DNA of 62,614 nucleotides, counting the filler, from an uncultured Myxococcia bacterium (GTDB lineage Bacteria; CAZTWC01): NCBI GenBank assembly GCA_964617105.1. It is 21 parts of 21 records of this genome, joined end to end, with 100 filler letters (N's around TTAATTAATTAA, not from the genome) between each part and the next. Parts side by side here need not be neighbours in the genome. Positions count along the whole stretch, not along the records: positions 1 to 3,034 come from CAZTWC010000383.1; positions 3,135 to 6,157 come from CAZTWC010000384.1; positions 6,258 to 9,237 come from CAZTWC010000386.1; positions 9,338 to 12,296 come from CAZTWC010000387.1; 17 more parts are not named here. The stretch is one strand, 5' to 3'. Below, piece by piece: positions 1 through 9,670 of this stretch (positions are counted from its first letter, which is position 1; the number at the start of each line of letters is the position of its first letter). Under the pieces are notes generated by a model. The model was not told the DNA's origin. It did no database searches and saw only the letters and a program-made list of their open reading frames with translations. The position numbers and the translations under genes were made by a program.

Positions 1-138
1 TCCTAATCCGATCGCATATTTTAGAGCCGTTATGGAAAATGGGAGCAACTACAAAGAAGACCAGGAAAAGATGGTGGCCGGTGAGCCCCGCCAACGCGAT
101 AGCCCCGGAGGGAGCCCTGGACGCTTCGCCTCTTTGAC

Positions 139-167
139 TTGCCTCGGTGCTATAAATAGGGTATGAT
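139..167 (+). promoter_or_regulatory. Putative sigma70 promoter of the PIN TA module
   Basis: TTGCCT-17 nt-TATGAT followed by a GGAGG RBS before ATG 186. Confidence 0.5.
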
Positions 168-185
168 CAGGAGTGGAGGCAAAAT

Positions 186-407
186 ATGCAAAAAAAAGCA
201 GATATAATCAACCAAATTAAGGATTTAATTCTTCTTTTGGATTTTGAGGCTCAGCGAAAACTGGTATTGGAACTTACCAGTAAAATAGAATTTCAAAAAA
301 GCCGTAGAAAAAACTCTGAAAGCCCCAAGATGCCCTGGGAAAAATACGGTCCCTGGGATTTAGGAAAATGGTCTCGCGAGGAATTATATGACCGACACTG
401 TGATTGA
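186..407 (+). CDS. Putative antitoxin of a VapBC-type module
   Basis: 73 aa, RBS, C-terminal KWSREELYDR motif, overlaps the downstream PIN gene. Confidence 0.7.
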   Translation: MQKKADIINQIKDLILLLDFEAQRKLVLELTSKIEFQKSRRKNSESPKMPWEKYGPWDLGKWSREELYDRHCD

Positions 408-840
408 TACTCTTATTGATACAAACATATTGGTTTATGCTCATAGTAACCAAGATGTTAACAAACGGAAAATATCAATAGCCAAACTTAAGACCTTAAA
501 GACAGAAGGACGAGGCGTTCTTTCTACCCAAATTCTATCTGAACTATATAATGCTCTTCGTCGCCAACTCCGCAAAACACTTGAGAATGAAAAAGAAGCA
601 AAAATTACCGCCAGAACTGTAACTGAAGAATATTCAACACTATTTAAGGTCTTAATAATTTCGGTAAATGATGTTATAGCCGCAAGCCATGCAGTTGAGC
701 ACCACTCCCTCTCCTATTGGGATGCCCTTATCTGGGCTACAGCCAAATCCAATGGTATAAAAACAATTCTAACGGAAGATGGCCCCAGCGGAGCTACTAT
801 TGATGGCGTGAAATTTTTAAATCCCTTTAAAGACGAATAA
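388..840 (+). CDS. PIN-domain (VapC-like) toxin
   Basis: IDTNILVYA, STQILSE, LSYWDALIWATA and LTED acidic PIN motifs. Confidence 0.9.
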   Translation: MTDTVIDTLIDTNILVYAHSNQDVNKRKISIAKLKTLKTEGRGVLSTQILSELYNALRRQLRKTLENEKEAKITARTVTEEYSTLFKVLIISVNDVIAASHAVEHHSLSYWDALIWATAKSNGIKTILTEDGPSGATIDGVKFLNPFKDE

Positions 841-842
841 AA

Positions 843-1910
843 ATGACAAAAATTGGTAGAAATGCACCATGCCCTTGTGGTTCAGGAAAAAAATATAAAC
901 ACTGTTGCCTTGGCAAAAAAGATTCACCAAATAGTATAGGCAAATCCATAATGGCTGAAAGCAAGCAGCAGCTCCAAGAGGAACTAAACAGACATGAAGA
1001 TTTCGAAAGTCTTGAGGAAGTCCAGGCTGTTGTCGACAAATTTTATGAAACCAAAAACAATGCTTCCCAACCAGAATTTCTGGGTTTTTCTCCTTCCCAA
1101 ATGTACCGTATTTTGCATCGACCGCTGGAGGAGATCAGTGATATTGTCCATTTTGACACCGAATTTGACAGTGATCTATTATTGTCAATACCAGTTGTAA
1201 AAAATTCTTTCATTTTTTTACAAACAATGGCTGATATGAGACGAGTGAAAGCGACATCAAAAGGAAATTTATCGCTGGCCTTTGTAAAAACGGTTTTTAA
1301 TGCCATAAGGTTTGATAGTCCTATGAAACGGCAATTGATAACCTCTGAAGAATCGACAGAAATATTTTACCTGCGTCATTTTCTGGTTTTGTGTGGGTGG
1401 GTAAAAAAACAAAAAGGATATTTCAGCCTCACTAAAAAAGGTGAAAAAATTGTTGATAAAGGTTTCAATGGTGATGCTTACTTCCATCTTTTCCAAAGGT
1501 TTACTAGAAAATACAACTGGGGTTTTGCTGATGGATATCCCGAGGCGTGGATAATACAGGGCAGTTATATCTTTTCCCTTTATTTAGTCCATCAGTTAGC
1601 CACAGATTTGACCGATTCCCAAGAACTGGCTGATAAATTTGTTGATGCTTATCCTATGGCATTAGAGGATTTTGTTGAAAAGGATTCTTATGGAACACCG
1701 GAAGATGAACTTTCACGCTGCTTTTCAATCCGGTTTTTAGAAAGGTTTTGCCTATATTTTGGTTTAATCGAGATTAAAAGAGAAAAAATTGATAATTCCT
1801 GGCGAGAGAAATTGTATATAAAAAAGTCTAATTTTTACGACAAATTTGTTCATTGGAAAGAAAAAGATAAGATTTATCCCGTCACGGTTTTACCAGGCGT
1901 GCTTCATTGA
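843..1910 (+). CDS. SEC-C motif domain protein
   Basis: N-terminal KIGRNAPCPCGSGKKYKHCC. Confidence 0.85.
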   Translation: MTKIGRNAPCPCGSGKKYKHCCLGKKDSPNSIGKSIMAESKQQLQEELNRHEDFESLEEVQAVVDKFYETKNNASQPEFLGFSPSQMYRILHRPLEEISDIVHFDTEFDSDLLLSIPVVKNSFIFLQTMADMRRVKATSKGNLSLAFVKTVFNAIRFDSPMKRQLITSEESTEIFYLRHFLVLCGWVKKQKGYFSLTKKGEKIVDKGFNGDAYFHLFQRFTRKYNWGFADGYPEAWIIQGSYIFSLYLVHQLATDLTDSQELADKFVDAYPMALEDFVEKDSYGTPEDELSRCFSIRFLERFCLYFGLIEIKREKIDNSWREKLYIKKSNFYDKFVHWKEKDKIYPVTVLPGVLH

Positions 1911-1943
1911 CCATTTCCCAGGGATCACCGTTGCTGTTACCAG

Positions 1944-2847
1944 TCAATACCAATCATCCCGATCCTGCGGTGAGGAATTTAGTTGAAGTATCTCTTTTAT
2001 CTGACGTTTTCGCCGGTAGGACCATTTTTTATCTTTCAGCATTGTCTCCAGCGGCTCTTTTACACTCTCCAATGGACAGGCCCTGAAATAAGCAAAAACA
2101 CGGGATATCCACTGAAGAGTGGTATTGTTCGAAGGGATAGCTGACAACTCTTCAACTAAAATCGGAATAATCTCTCCCCTGGGCACATGGCGTTCAAGTT
2201 GGTCAAATACAGCGATTTTATGACGGACATCCTCTATCCTGGCCGGCGTAGTCAACTCCATGAAATAAGCAAATAGACCATCATAGGCGGCCTTATTATC
2301 GTTGTGGATGAGCATCCCTATTGTCCTGAGAGCCTCCCTCTGCTCACGCTCTTGTTCATAGGGGTCCTTGTTCATGTTTTGGCTCTTGCTCTCGGCGTTT
2401 TGGTTCTTATTTACGTTCTCGTTCCTATTTGTGCCATCCGTTTCCCCTCTCAATTGGGCAAAATAGCAATCAACTGGCTCAGTTGACCAATCTTTGTTTT
2501 TAAATGCCTCTCTCATAAGAACAGCCTGGAGTTTTTCGGCATCAATTATTCCATCTTGCATACACTCCAAAAGGTCTGGAGCAAGTTCGTCATCAATTCC
2601 CAAAACATTATCCCCATCCATATCCAGCAACTCAAAATCATCGCAGCCTTCAGTTTCTCCGCTGATTTTCTTCTTATCAATCAATGCCTGGCAACAATCA
2701 AAATTATGGTTTTCAAAAAATACATCCGATATAGGGCTCGAAATCAGGGTCATTTAGACAAATGCCAAAATCATCAGAAGAATACTCTGTATCCAGTCCC
2801 ATAAAAGCATTGCAGTTAAAGCAAATTTTTTCGAACTCTTCTTCCAT
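1944..2847 (-). pseudogene. Cys-containing hypothetical protein, apparently frameshifted near 2726
   Basis: RBS GAGGTG and ATG at 2847 give MEEEFEKICFNCNAF...GICLNDPDFEPYI. Removing one base at 2726-2727 joins this to the 1944..2753 frame (DVFFENHNFDCCQ). Confidence 0.65.
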
Positions 2848-3034
2848 GTTCACCTCTTTGCCTCCCTATTTGCTAATTTACTATCTACCTCATCAATCCT
2901 GTTTTTCACTGTTCACCCCATCCCGCAACTTCCGACTAGCCCGAAAAGTAACCACCCGCCGGGCAGAGATCGGCAGCGACTCCCCGGTCTGAGGATTCCT
3001 CCCCATACGCTCCTCTTTCTCCCGCACCTGCCAG

Positions 3035-3134
3035 NNNNNNNNNNNNNNNNNNNNNNNNNNNNNNNNNNNNNNNNNNNNTTAATTAATTAANNNNNNNNNN
3101 NNNNNNNNNNNNNNNNNNNNNNNNNNNNNNNNNN
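3035..3134. other. Artificial contig linker, first of 20 (others start at 6158, 9238, 12297, 15346, 18380, 21387, 24390, 27383, 30371, 33344, 36301, 39255, 42208, 45161, 48107, 51047, 53983, 56877, 59768)
   Basis: Identical N44-TTAATTAATTAA-N44 with stop codons in all six frames; genes are cut at these points. Confidence 0.99.
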
Positions 3135-3217
3135 GCGCATCTGAGGCCGCAGGTCATCCCCGTGGGAAGGCCGCAGGTCATCCCTTTAGGGACGGACGCC
3201 GACGTAGGAGGTGATCC
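3135..3217 (+). repeat. Copy 1 of a composite REP/MITE-like repeat (units A-A-B)
   Basis: GCGCATCTG + AGGCCGCAGGTCATCCCCGTGGGA + AGGCCGCAGGTCATCCCTTTAGGGA + CGG + ACGCCGACGTAGGAGGTGATCC; the same units recur at 3786-4011. Confidence 0.9.
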
Positions 3218-3251
3218 GAAAGAATACCACCTTTTTCTATTGGAGAATATA

Positions 3252-3725
3252 TTGTTAAAAAAGTTTCAAATGGGGCAAAAAGGGGTAGCGCTTTTAATCG
3301 CTATGATAATTTTACTGGTATTGACAGTAGTGGGATTTGCCACTATGAACACCTCCTCGTTAGAGATGCGAATCAGTGGTTATAGCCGGGAGACCGCCAC
3401 GGCATTCTATTTGACCGAAATTGGCCTGGAGAGGAACTATACCAATCGGCAAAAACTAAAAGATCTATACAAATCTGGAATAGGTTCTCAAGAAGTTATT
3501 CTAGACCCCGATCGTCCCCAGGAGGTCAAAACCACTTTGACTTATGTGGGAAATTCTCACGAAGCCGGAGAATCGGTGCGGCAGTTGAGGGGTTACGATA
3601 AATCGATGGAGCATCGCCTTTTTTTAGTTGAGTCTGAGGGCGAGTTAAAACAGGGCAGCAAAACTCTATCCAGCCGGGGGGCGTCGGTTGTTTTGCATCA
3701 GAGGGTCCCCGCCCGAGTTAAGTAG
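3252..3725 (+). CDS. PilX N-terminal domain minor pilin-like protein
   Basis: Prepilin-like QKG/VALLIAMIILLVLTVVGFATMNTSSLEMRISG; likely TTG start at 3252 after GGAGA. Confidence 0.8.
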   Translation: MLKKFQMGQKGVALLIAMIILLVLTVVGFATMNTSSLEMRISGYSRETATAFYLTEIGLERNYTNRQKLKDLYKSGIGSQEVILDPDRPQEVKTTLTYVGNSHEAGESVRQLRGYDKSMEHRLFLVESEGELKQGSKTLSSRGASVVLHQRVPARVK

Positions 3726-3785
3726 GGTCGGGCGACGATTGCGGCGCATCTGCACCACACTCGTCGCCCTCAGTATTGAAATATA

Positions 3786-4011
3786 GCGGCGCATCTGAGG
3801 CCGCAGGTCATCCCCGTGGGAAGGCCGCAGGTCATCCCCGTGGGAAGGCCGCAGGTCATCCCTTTAGGGACGGCGTTGCCCAAAACTATTTAATCCTCGA
3901 CGTATTAGTCATACGCCTGCGGACGCCGACATAGGAGGTGATCCCTTTAGGGATTAAATAGTTTTGGGCGCCTAGCATCTGACGCTGACGTAGGAGGAGA
4001 TCCCTTTAGTA
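3786..4011 (+). repeat. Palindromic MITE/REP-like element with nested short modules
   Basis: Perfect 19-bp inverted repeat 3878-3896/3951-3969; three tandem A units 3798-3870; B units at 3923-3953 and 3982-4011. Confidence 0.9.
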
Positions 4012-4173
4012 GCCAATCGACTTGTTCAGAACTCCAAGAGTAGTCAATAGTTGCTTCACTCCATCCAATCTTGACTTAGTTTAGCGATTTGCATTCCTTC
4101 CCAGGCGGTCCCCTGGGGGGGGGCACCCGGGTTGAAATTTGCCACATGTCGAAATGCTCTCAGGTTTTATAGC

Positions 4174-4202
4174 TTGACAAGACGCGGTTATTGGCTTAAT
4201 CT
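4174..4202 (+). promoter_or_regulatory. Putative sigma70 promoter of rpsT
   Basis: TTGACA-17 nt-TAATCT upstream of the AGGAGG RBS. Confidence 0.6.
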
Positions 4203-4266
4203 ATGCGACTTTAATAACCATTAAAGAATACAAGATAATTTTTCGGTACAATTTTAGGAGGATAGG

Positions 4267-4545
4267 TTGGCACATCATAAATCGGCGATTAAAAGGATCA
4301 AGCAGAGCGAAAAGAAAAAACAGCGCAATATGCACGTTAAGTCAACGGTCAGGTCTTATATAAAACTTTTTCGGGAAGACTTGGAAAAGGGCGAGGTAGA
4401 TAGCGCCAGGACCAGCCTGGCCACGGCTAGCCGCCAGATTTCCAAGGCGGTTTCCAAGGGTGTTTATCACCAGAGAAACGGCGCCAGAAAAATATCTCGT
4501 ATGACCCGGGCTTTTAATAAATTCGCCCAGACTCCTGCTCAATAG
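4267..4545 (+). CDS. rpsT: 30S ribosomal protein S20
   Basis: MAHHKSAIKRIKQSEK...KAVSKGVYHQRNGARKISR; TTG start. Confidence 0.97.
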   Translation: MAHHKSAIKRIKQSEKKKQRNMHVKSTVRSYIKLFREDLEKGEVDSARTSLATASRQISKAVSKGVYHQRNGARKISRMTRAFNKFAQTPAQ

Positions 4546-4555
4546 TAAAATACAA

Positions 4556-6034
4556 TTATGCCAATTTTACCGACTGGTGCCATTTTTGTATGTGTTTCTG
4601 CACCTGCTCGGACTCCATTTGGGGAGAAAATCTTCTCTCCTCTTGCCAGAGAGTACTAATCTCCTTTTCCGATTCCCAGTAGCCAATGGCTAATCCGGCC
4701 AGGAAGGCAGAGCCCACACCAGTGGTTTCCAACACTTTGGGCCGTACAATTTCCCGGGCCAGAATATCGGCCTGGAATTGCATTAACAGAGAGTTGGCGG
4801 CTGCGCCACCATCAACTTTTAGACTGAGCAACTCTTTTCCCATATCTTTGCACATAGCGGTCAATATATCGTAGTTCTGAAAGGCTATTCCCTCCAGGGC
4901 GGCCCGGGCAATATGGGCGGCCGTGGTATCTCTGGTCAATCCCCTGATCATTCCCCTGGCATCACTGCGCCAATGGGGTGCGCCCAATCCGGTAAGGGCC
5001 GGAACAAATACCACATCGCCGGTTTCCTCTACCTGGCGGGCTAGATCTTCAATTTGGGGAGCGCTTTTGATTATACCCAATCCATCCCGCAGCCATTGCA
5101 CACAGGCGCCGGCAATAAAGGCGCTGCCTTCCAGGGCATAGGTGATTTGTCCTCCCCGTTTCCAGGCTATGGTGGTTAGCAGCGAATGCTCGCTTTTTAT
5201 AGGTTTTGATCCGGTATTTATTAGTAAAAAGGAGCCGGTGCCATAGGTACACTTGGCTTCCCCTTCACTGAAACAGGCCTGACCAAATAGAGCGGCTTGC
5301 TGATCACCGGCAATACCGCAGATTGGAATGTCGTTGGGCAACTCGTCTATTCCCTGGGTGTACCCATAGATTTCAGAGGAACTGGTGATCTGGGGAAGTA
5401 TCTGGACAGGGATATCCAGGATAGAGAGCAACTGTTCATCCCATTGACCCTGGTGAATATCCATCAACAGAGTTCTGGAGGCATTGGTGACATCGGTAAC
5501 ATGCACCTTTTTGTTACTGAGCCGAAAAACTAGAAAGGAGTCGATGGTGCCGGCCGCCAATTTTCCTTGCTGCGCCTGTTGTTTAAAATTGCTCTTCAGA
5601 TCCAGCAGGTACTTGATCTTAGTACCGGAAAAATATGGATCTAAAACCAATCCGGTTTTTTCCCGAAACAGATCTTCCAGGCCGTCTCTTTTTAGTTGAT
5701 TACATATTGGGGCGGTACGCCGGCATTGCCATACAATGGCATTGTGCACCGCTTTTCCGGAATCTCTATCCCATAGGGCCACAGTTTCTCTTTGATTGGT
5801 AATGCCAATGGCTGCTACTTGCCGGGGATCAATTTGGGCTTTTTCCAGGGCCTGTTTGATAGTGAATTTTACTGAGTTCCAGATATCTTCCAGGTTGTGT
5901 TCAACCCAGCCCGGCTGGGGGAAAATTTGGCGAAATTCCTGGTTTACCTTGGCTTTGATCACCATCTGTCTGTCGACAATTAAGGTGGTGGTGCCGGTGG
6001 TGCCCTGGTCTATGGCCAAAATGTACTTTTCCAT
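4556..6034 (-). CDS. glpK: Glycerol kinase
   Basis: AIDQGTTGTT, GITNQRET, DPYFSGTK, GDQQAALFGQ, KCTYGTG and YALEGS motifs. Confidence 0.97.
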   Translation of the reverse strand: MEKYILAIDQGTTGTTTLIVDRQMVIKAKVNQEFRQIFPQPGWVEHNLEDIWNSVKFTIKQALEKAQIDPRQVAAIGITNQRETVALWDRDSGKAVHNAIVWQCRRTAPICNQLKRDGLEDLFREKTGLVLDPYFSGTKIKYLLDLKSNFKQQAQQGKLAAGTIDSFLVFRLSNKKVHVTDVTNASRTLLMDIHQGQWDEQLLSILDIPVQILPQITSSSEIYGYTQGIDELPNDIPICGIAGDQQAALFGQACFSEGEAKCTYGTGSFLLINTGSKPIKSEHSLLTTIAWKRGGQITYALEGSAFIAGACVQWLRDGLGIIKSAPQIEDLARQVEETGDVVFVPALTGLGAPHWRSDARGMIRGLTRDTTAAHIARAALEGIAFQNYDILTAMCKDMGKELLSLKVDGGAAANSLLMQFQADILAREIVRPKVLETTGVGSAFLAGLAIGYWESEKEISTLWQEERRFSPQMESEQVQKHIQKWHQSVKLA

Positions 6035-6257
6035 ATTTTCCTCCTTGGGGTGGACAATATATTTGACTTTATAAAGGGTAGTGATAAAATTTTAAGAAAT
6101 TATATCTCATTTATGAGGAAGGAGCAATGAGCATCGAAAAAAATAACGAACAGATGGNNNNNNNNNNNNNNNNNNNNNNNNNNNNNNNNNNNNNNNNNNN
6201 NTTAATTAATTAANNNNNNNNNNNNNNNNNNNNNNNNNNNNNNNNNNNNNNNNNNNN

Positions 6258-6465
6258 ATGGGATATCAAGGCGTCTGGCCAGTGTAATTTGCATGGCAGC
6301 ACCGCCACGCTCCTTAACAGAGATAAAATGGGATCGGTAATCGGTGGCTTCAGGAAAAGTTCTGCGGATATCTTTGTCCGGATCCCGTAACGTACACCCC
6401 TGAATGGCCCAGGCATCAACAGTGAATAAATGGACACCTACCAGGAGTAAAAATGCAAATACCAT
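6258..6465 (-). CDS. Exported hypothetical protein (partial, 3' end cut by contig end)
   Basis: Signal peptide followed by CTLRDPDKDIRRTFPEAT. Confidence 0.5.
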
Positions 6466-6470
6466 TCTAT

Positions 6471-7718
6471 CTATCCTCCAATATTCAAATAAAATTGCCC
6501 GGTTATCATCCAGACCTTTTTACCTTGACCATGCATCCAGTGTACCGAGTAGTGGATCCTAAAAAAGGTATCTGTGGTAATAAAAGATAAGCGGAACGCT
6601 CCTTCCAGTTCAAGCCGGTGTTTGGTTGCACTCTCTTTTTCGGGTGTAGTTGGTGATGCTCGATAGGGATCATATCCCTTATCTATCTGTTTGCCATTTA
6701 GCGCAATTTTTCTGGTTTTAGCATGGATGACGCTATACTGCAAGGTTCCTGTAAAAAGTTTACCCGGCGTTTCTCCCGCCAGTCTGCCTAGAGTTGTCAG
6801 CAGAGTTTGCCCGTCATCTCTGCCTACAGAACCCTCACTCAACAGTTGAAAATACCCCAGGGTATATTGGCCATCCACACCGGCCATGACTCCTTTTCTC
6901 GCCTCATGTCCCAGGAGGGATGCTTTGATGAGATGCTCTCCGGCTATGGCTGAGATGCCAAATCCCAGGCCCCTCTCCCGAATTTCGTACCCCAACCTTA
7001 CGGTTGCAATTCCGGGGAGAGTTGGTGAATCGTACCCCATGCCGATTCCCAAAGTATAGGCCAGGTGATATTGTAACTCCCAAATTTCACCCCGGGCTCC
7101 CAGTCCCCAATCGTGCTTAAATCCATAAATGGCCATATTGGAAAACTGCATCACCGTGGTGTGGGTGTCTATGGGGAGGGCTTCCAGGTTAAAAGGAAGC
7201 AAAAAATGGCCTAAATACAGATTCAATCTCCCGAAAAATAACCGTTTTTCCAGGTAAAGATTGTGAGTTTCCAGGTGAAACCGTTCTTCAGGAGCCCTGA
7301 ATGCGAGCCGCAATTGTGCATCAAAACTACCCCAGGTGCCGGTTGGAGTCAAAATGCGCGAAAATGCCTCCATGCCAACAGCTGAAACGTTCATACATTC
7401 CGCGGTGTCTCTTTGGCAAGACAGACGCTCCAACATTTCGAAACTAAGTCGGAGACTGGATGTCGATGGAGGTGGAATTGGGGAAACATTTTTTCCCTCG
7501 TCACCCCGAATTCCGGCAAAAGGGTCTTGGTCTTCCTGGGCCATAACCAAAGAACCTGGCACCCAGAAGAATAGAGAAAGCAAACAAATGATATGTAACA
7601 AAAGACCTAATATCCAACCCCGCACCCTGCAAACGCCGCCAATCTTTTCGTCCACGATAATCGTCACCGTTATGATTTTTAACCCATGCCCTTTCCTGAG
7701 TTGAGCAGCCGATAGCAT
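6471..7718 (-). CDS. Hypothetical outer-membrane beta-barrel-like protein (true start probably downstream of 7718)
   Basis: Long ORF with a hydrophobic leader, alternating beta-strand patterns and C-terminal GQFYLNIGG. Confidence 0.6.
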   Translation of the reverse strand: MLSAAQLRKGHGLKIITVTIIVDEKIGGVCRVRGWILGLLLHIICLLSLFFWVPGSLVMAQEDQDPFAGIRGDEGKNVSPIPPPSTSSLRLSFEMLERLSCQRDTAECMNVSAVGMEAFSRILTPTGTWGSFDAQLRLAFRAPEERFHLETHNLYLEKRLFFGRLNLYLGHFLLPFNLEALPIDTHTTVMQFSNMAIYGFKHDWGLGARGEIWELQYHLAYTLGIGMGYDSPTLPGIATVRLGYEIRERGLGFGISAIAGEHLIKASLLGHEARKGVMAGVDGQYTLGYFQLLSEGSVGRDDGQTLLTTLGRLAGETPGKLFTGTLQYSVIHAKTRKIALNGKQIDKGYDPYRASPTTPEKESATKHRLELEGAFRLSFITTDTFFRIHYSVHWMHGQGKKVWMITGQFYLNIGG

Positions 7719-7866
7719 TGTTTGCTGCTGCCAGGCCCATTATTTCTCAATGCCGCCATTTTATCACTTTCTAAAGGATGTTTACACAAATATTTTAAGG
7801 GAGGATTTCGATTTGTGGAATTTTTCAAACCCCTGGCCAACCCGGGTGCTTACCCAGATTTAAAAT

Positions 7867-7920
7867 TGATCGGGGTGAGAGGATTTGAACCTCCGACCCC
7901 TTGACCCCTAGTCAAGTGCG
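7867..7920 (-). pseudogene. 3' half of tRNA-Pro (probable att site remnant)
   Basis: Minus strand CGCACTTGACTAGGGGTCAAGGGGTCGGAGGTTCAAATCCTCTCACCCCGATCA contains the anticodon arm, T arm and acceptor 3' strand; no D arm or 5' strand. Confidence 0.85.
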
Positions 7921-8035
7921 ACCTGCCTGAAAATCTAAATTTGCAATCCTAAATAAAATCCAGGAAAAAGTTGGAAGATTTTGTTGCCATGGTGTTGTTT
8001 GGAGAAGTAATAAAGAAAAAACGCTCGAATTTGCT

Positions 8036-9237
8036 TTAAAAATAGATGGCTGGAATTTGAATTATATTCTTTGTCAGGAATTCAATCTTTTCCGAATTGT
8101 TGACTAATATACCAAAACCGGCTCCTGTATCTTCGAGGAAAACTCTTAATGAGGTCAACATCCTTTTGTTGATTTTATGACCGAGTTTGACTTCAATGGG
8201 GATGAGTCCAAATGGAGCATCGATAATGAGGTCTATTTCGGATTTGTCCTTTGTCCGGTAAAAGTAATAATCGATTCCGGACGACAGGGTGCATTGGAGC
8301 CCCTTGATGATTTCCTCCACAATAAACGCTTCAAAAGAGTGGCTTGCGACTGGATGCAGTAACAGATTGTCAATGTGAGTAATTTTTAACAGGTGATGTA
8401 ATATGCCCTGATCCCTGAACGAACCTTTTGGCATTTTTTGGACTTTTTTCAAACTGTTTTTTTCATAACTTCTTAGATTTCGCCAAATAAAAGTATTATG
8501 AAATATTTCCATGTATTCTCTGGCTGTGACTGAACTGACTTCCAAAGCCCGGGCAATTTCTGAGTGGTTGATTATTTTTCCCGAGTAGTTGGAAAGAGCC
8601 TGGATAAAAAGCCGGAAATTGTGAGTATTGATTCTTGGGAATAGACGTTGAATATCTCTACGAATATAATCCGCGAAGTATTCATCCATCCACAACCCAT
8701 GGAATTCCGGCATCTTCAATCCCTTAATACGAGGTTCAGGGTAACCTCCCAGAAGCCAGTGATCATACATTTGGTTCAGTTCAAAACAGGGGGATAGTTC
8801 AGCAATCTGCTCTGGTTCTTGTGGGGATTGCGCTAGAAATTCATACACCTGTGGCAATGGTTTTTCATACAACTCAACCGCCTTGAAAGGCCAAAGTTCG
8901 ACTGTCGCAATCCTACCCGCAAGACTCTCGGATAAACCCTTGACTATCTCGGGAGAACTGGAACCAGTTAGCAGAAACCTGCCTACCGCTTTTCTATCCT
9001 TATCAATGACTCCCCTCAAAACCTGAAAGAGCTCAGGGAACTGCTGCGCCTCATCAATAATTGTTTCTTCGCTTTGCCTTGCAAAAAAACCAAGGGGATC
9101 ACTCGTAATAAGACGATAATCGTCGGGTCGTTCTAGATCATAATACTTCCACTCTGGCCGGAGTTGTCTAACCAGAGTAGATTTACCACACTGGCGCGGT
9201 CCAACAATGGCGACAACTGGAAACATTTCCAAAAGTC
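8036..9237 (-). CDS. ATP-binding protein (AAA_14 + DUF4143 type), 5' partial
   Basis: GPRQCGKST Walker A, IIDEAQ Walker B, LLTGSS, ESLAGR and C-terminal EIDLII...IEVK. Confidence 0.9.
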
Positions 9238-9337
9238 NNNNNNNNNNNNNNNNNNNNNNNNNNNNNNNNNNNNNNNNNNNNTTAATTAATTAANNNNNNN
9301 NNNNNNNNNNNNNNNNNNNNNNNNNNNNNNNNNNNNN

Positions 9338-9664
9338 TTGTGCCAACTTACCACTATAGCGTCCTGATCGCCATCACCATCGATATCGATGTGGGTCATA
9401 TTGTAGGAATCATAGCCGGCCTTTACCACAGAGGTTACTGAAAAATTACCATTACCGTCGTTTTTCAGCACCGTAATATTATTGGCCAGCCAGTTATTGG
9501 TTATTGCATCGATGTCATTGTCATTGTCAACATCGGTCAATGTCAAACCAACAGCCTCACCACTCACGCCCACCTGCACCATCGTAAAGTTGCCCTGGCC
9601 ATCGTTTTTAAAAATAGAAACTTTACTCCCGTTATAATTAGTAGCGGCAAAATCGTAATCTCCA
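9338..9664 (-). CDS. FG-GAP/VCBS repeat protein fragment
   Basis: GDYDFAAT, DVDNDNDIDAIT, DIDGDGDQDAIV and KNDGNGNF repeats; no proper start. Confidence 0.8.
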
Positions 9665-9670
9665 AAACCT

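Noticed and set aside
3162-3251. N-terminal extension of the PilX-like ORF
   Set aside because: It is translated from the repeat element. A better RBS and TTG start lie at 3252.
3798-3870. 24-bp tandem units as a CRISPR array
   Set aside because: The units are directly adjacent with no unique spacers, and no cas genes are in the window.
7867-7920. A functional tRNA-Pro with a rare AGG anticodon
   Set aside because: The D arm and 5' acceptor strand are absent and CCA is mutated, so this is a fragment.
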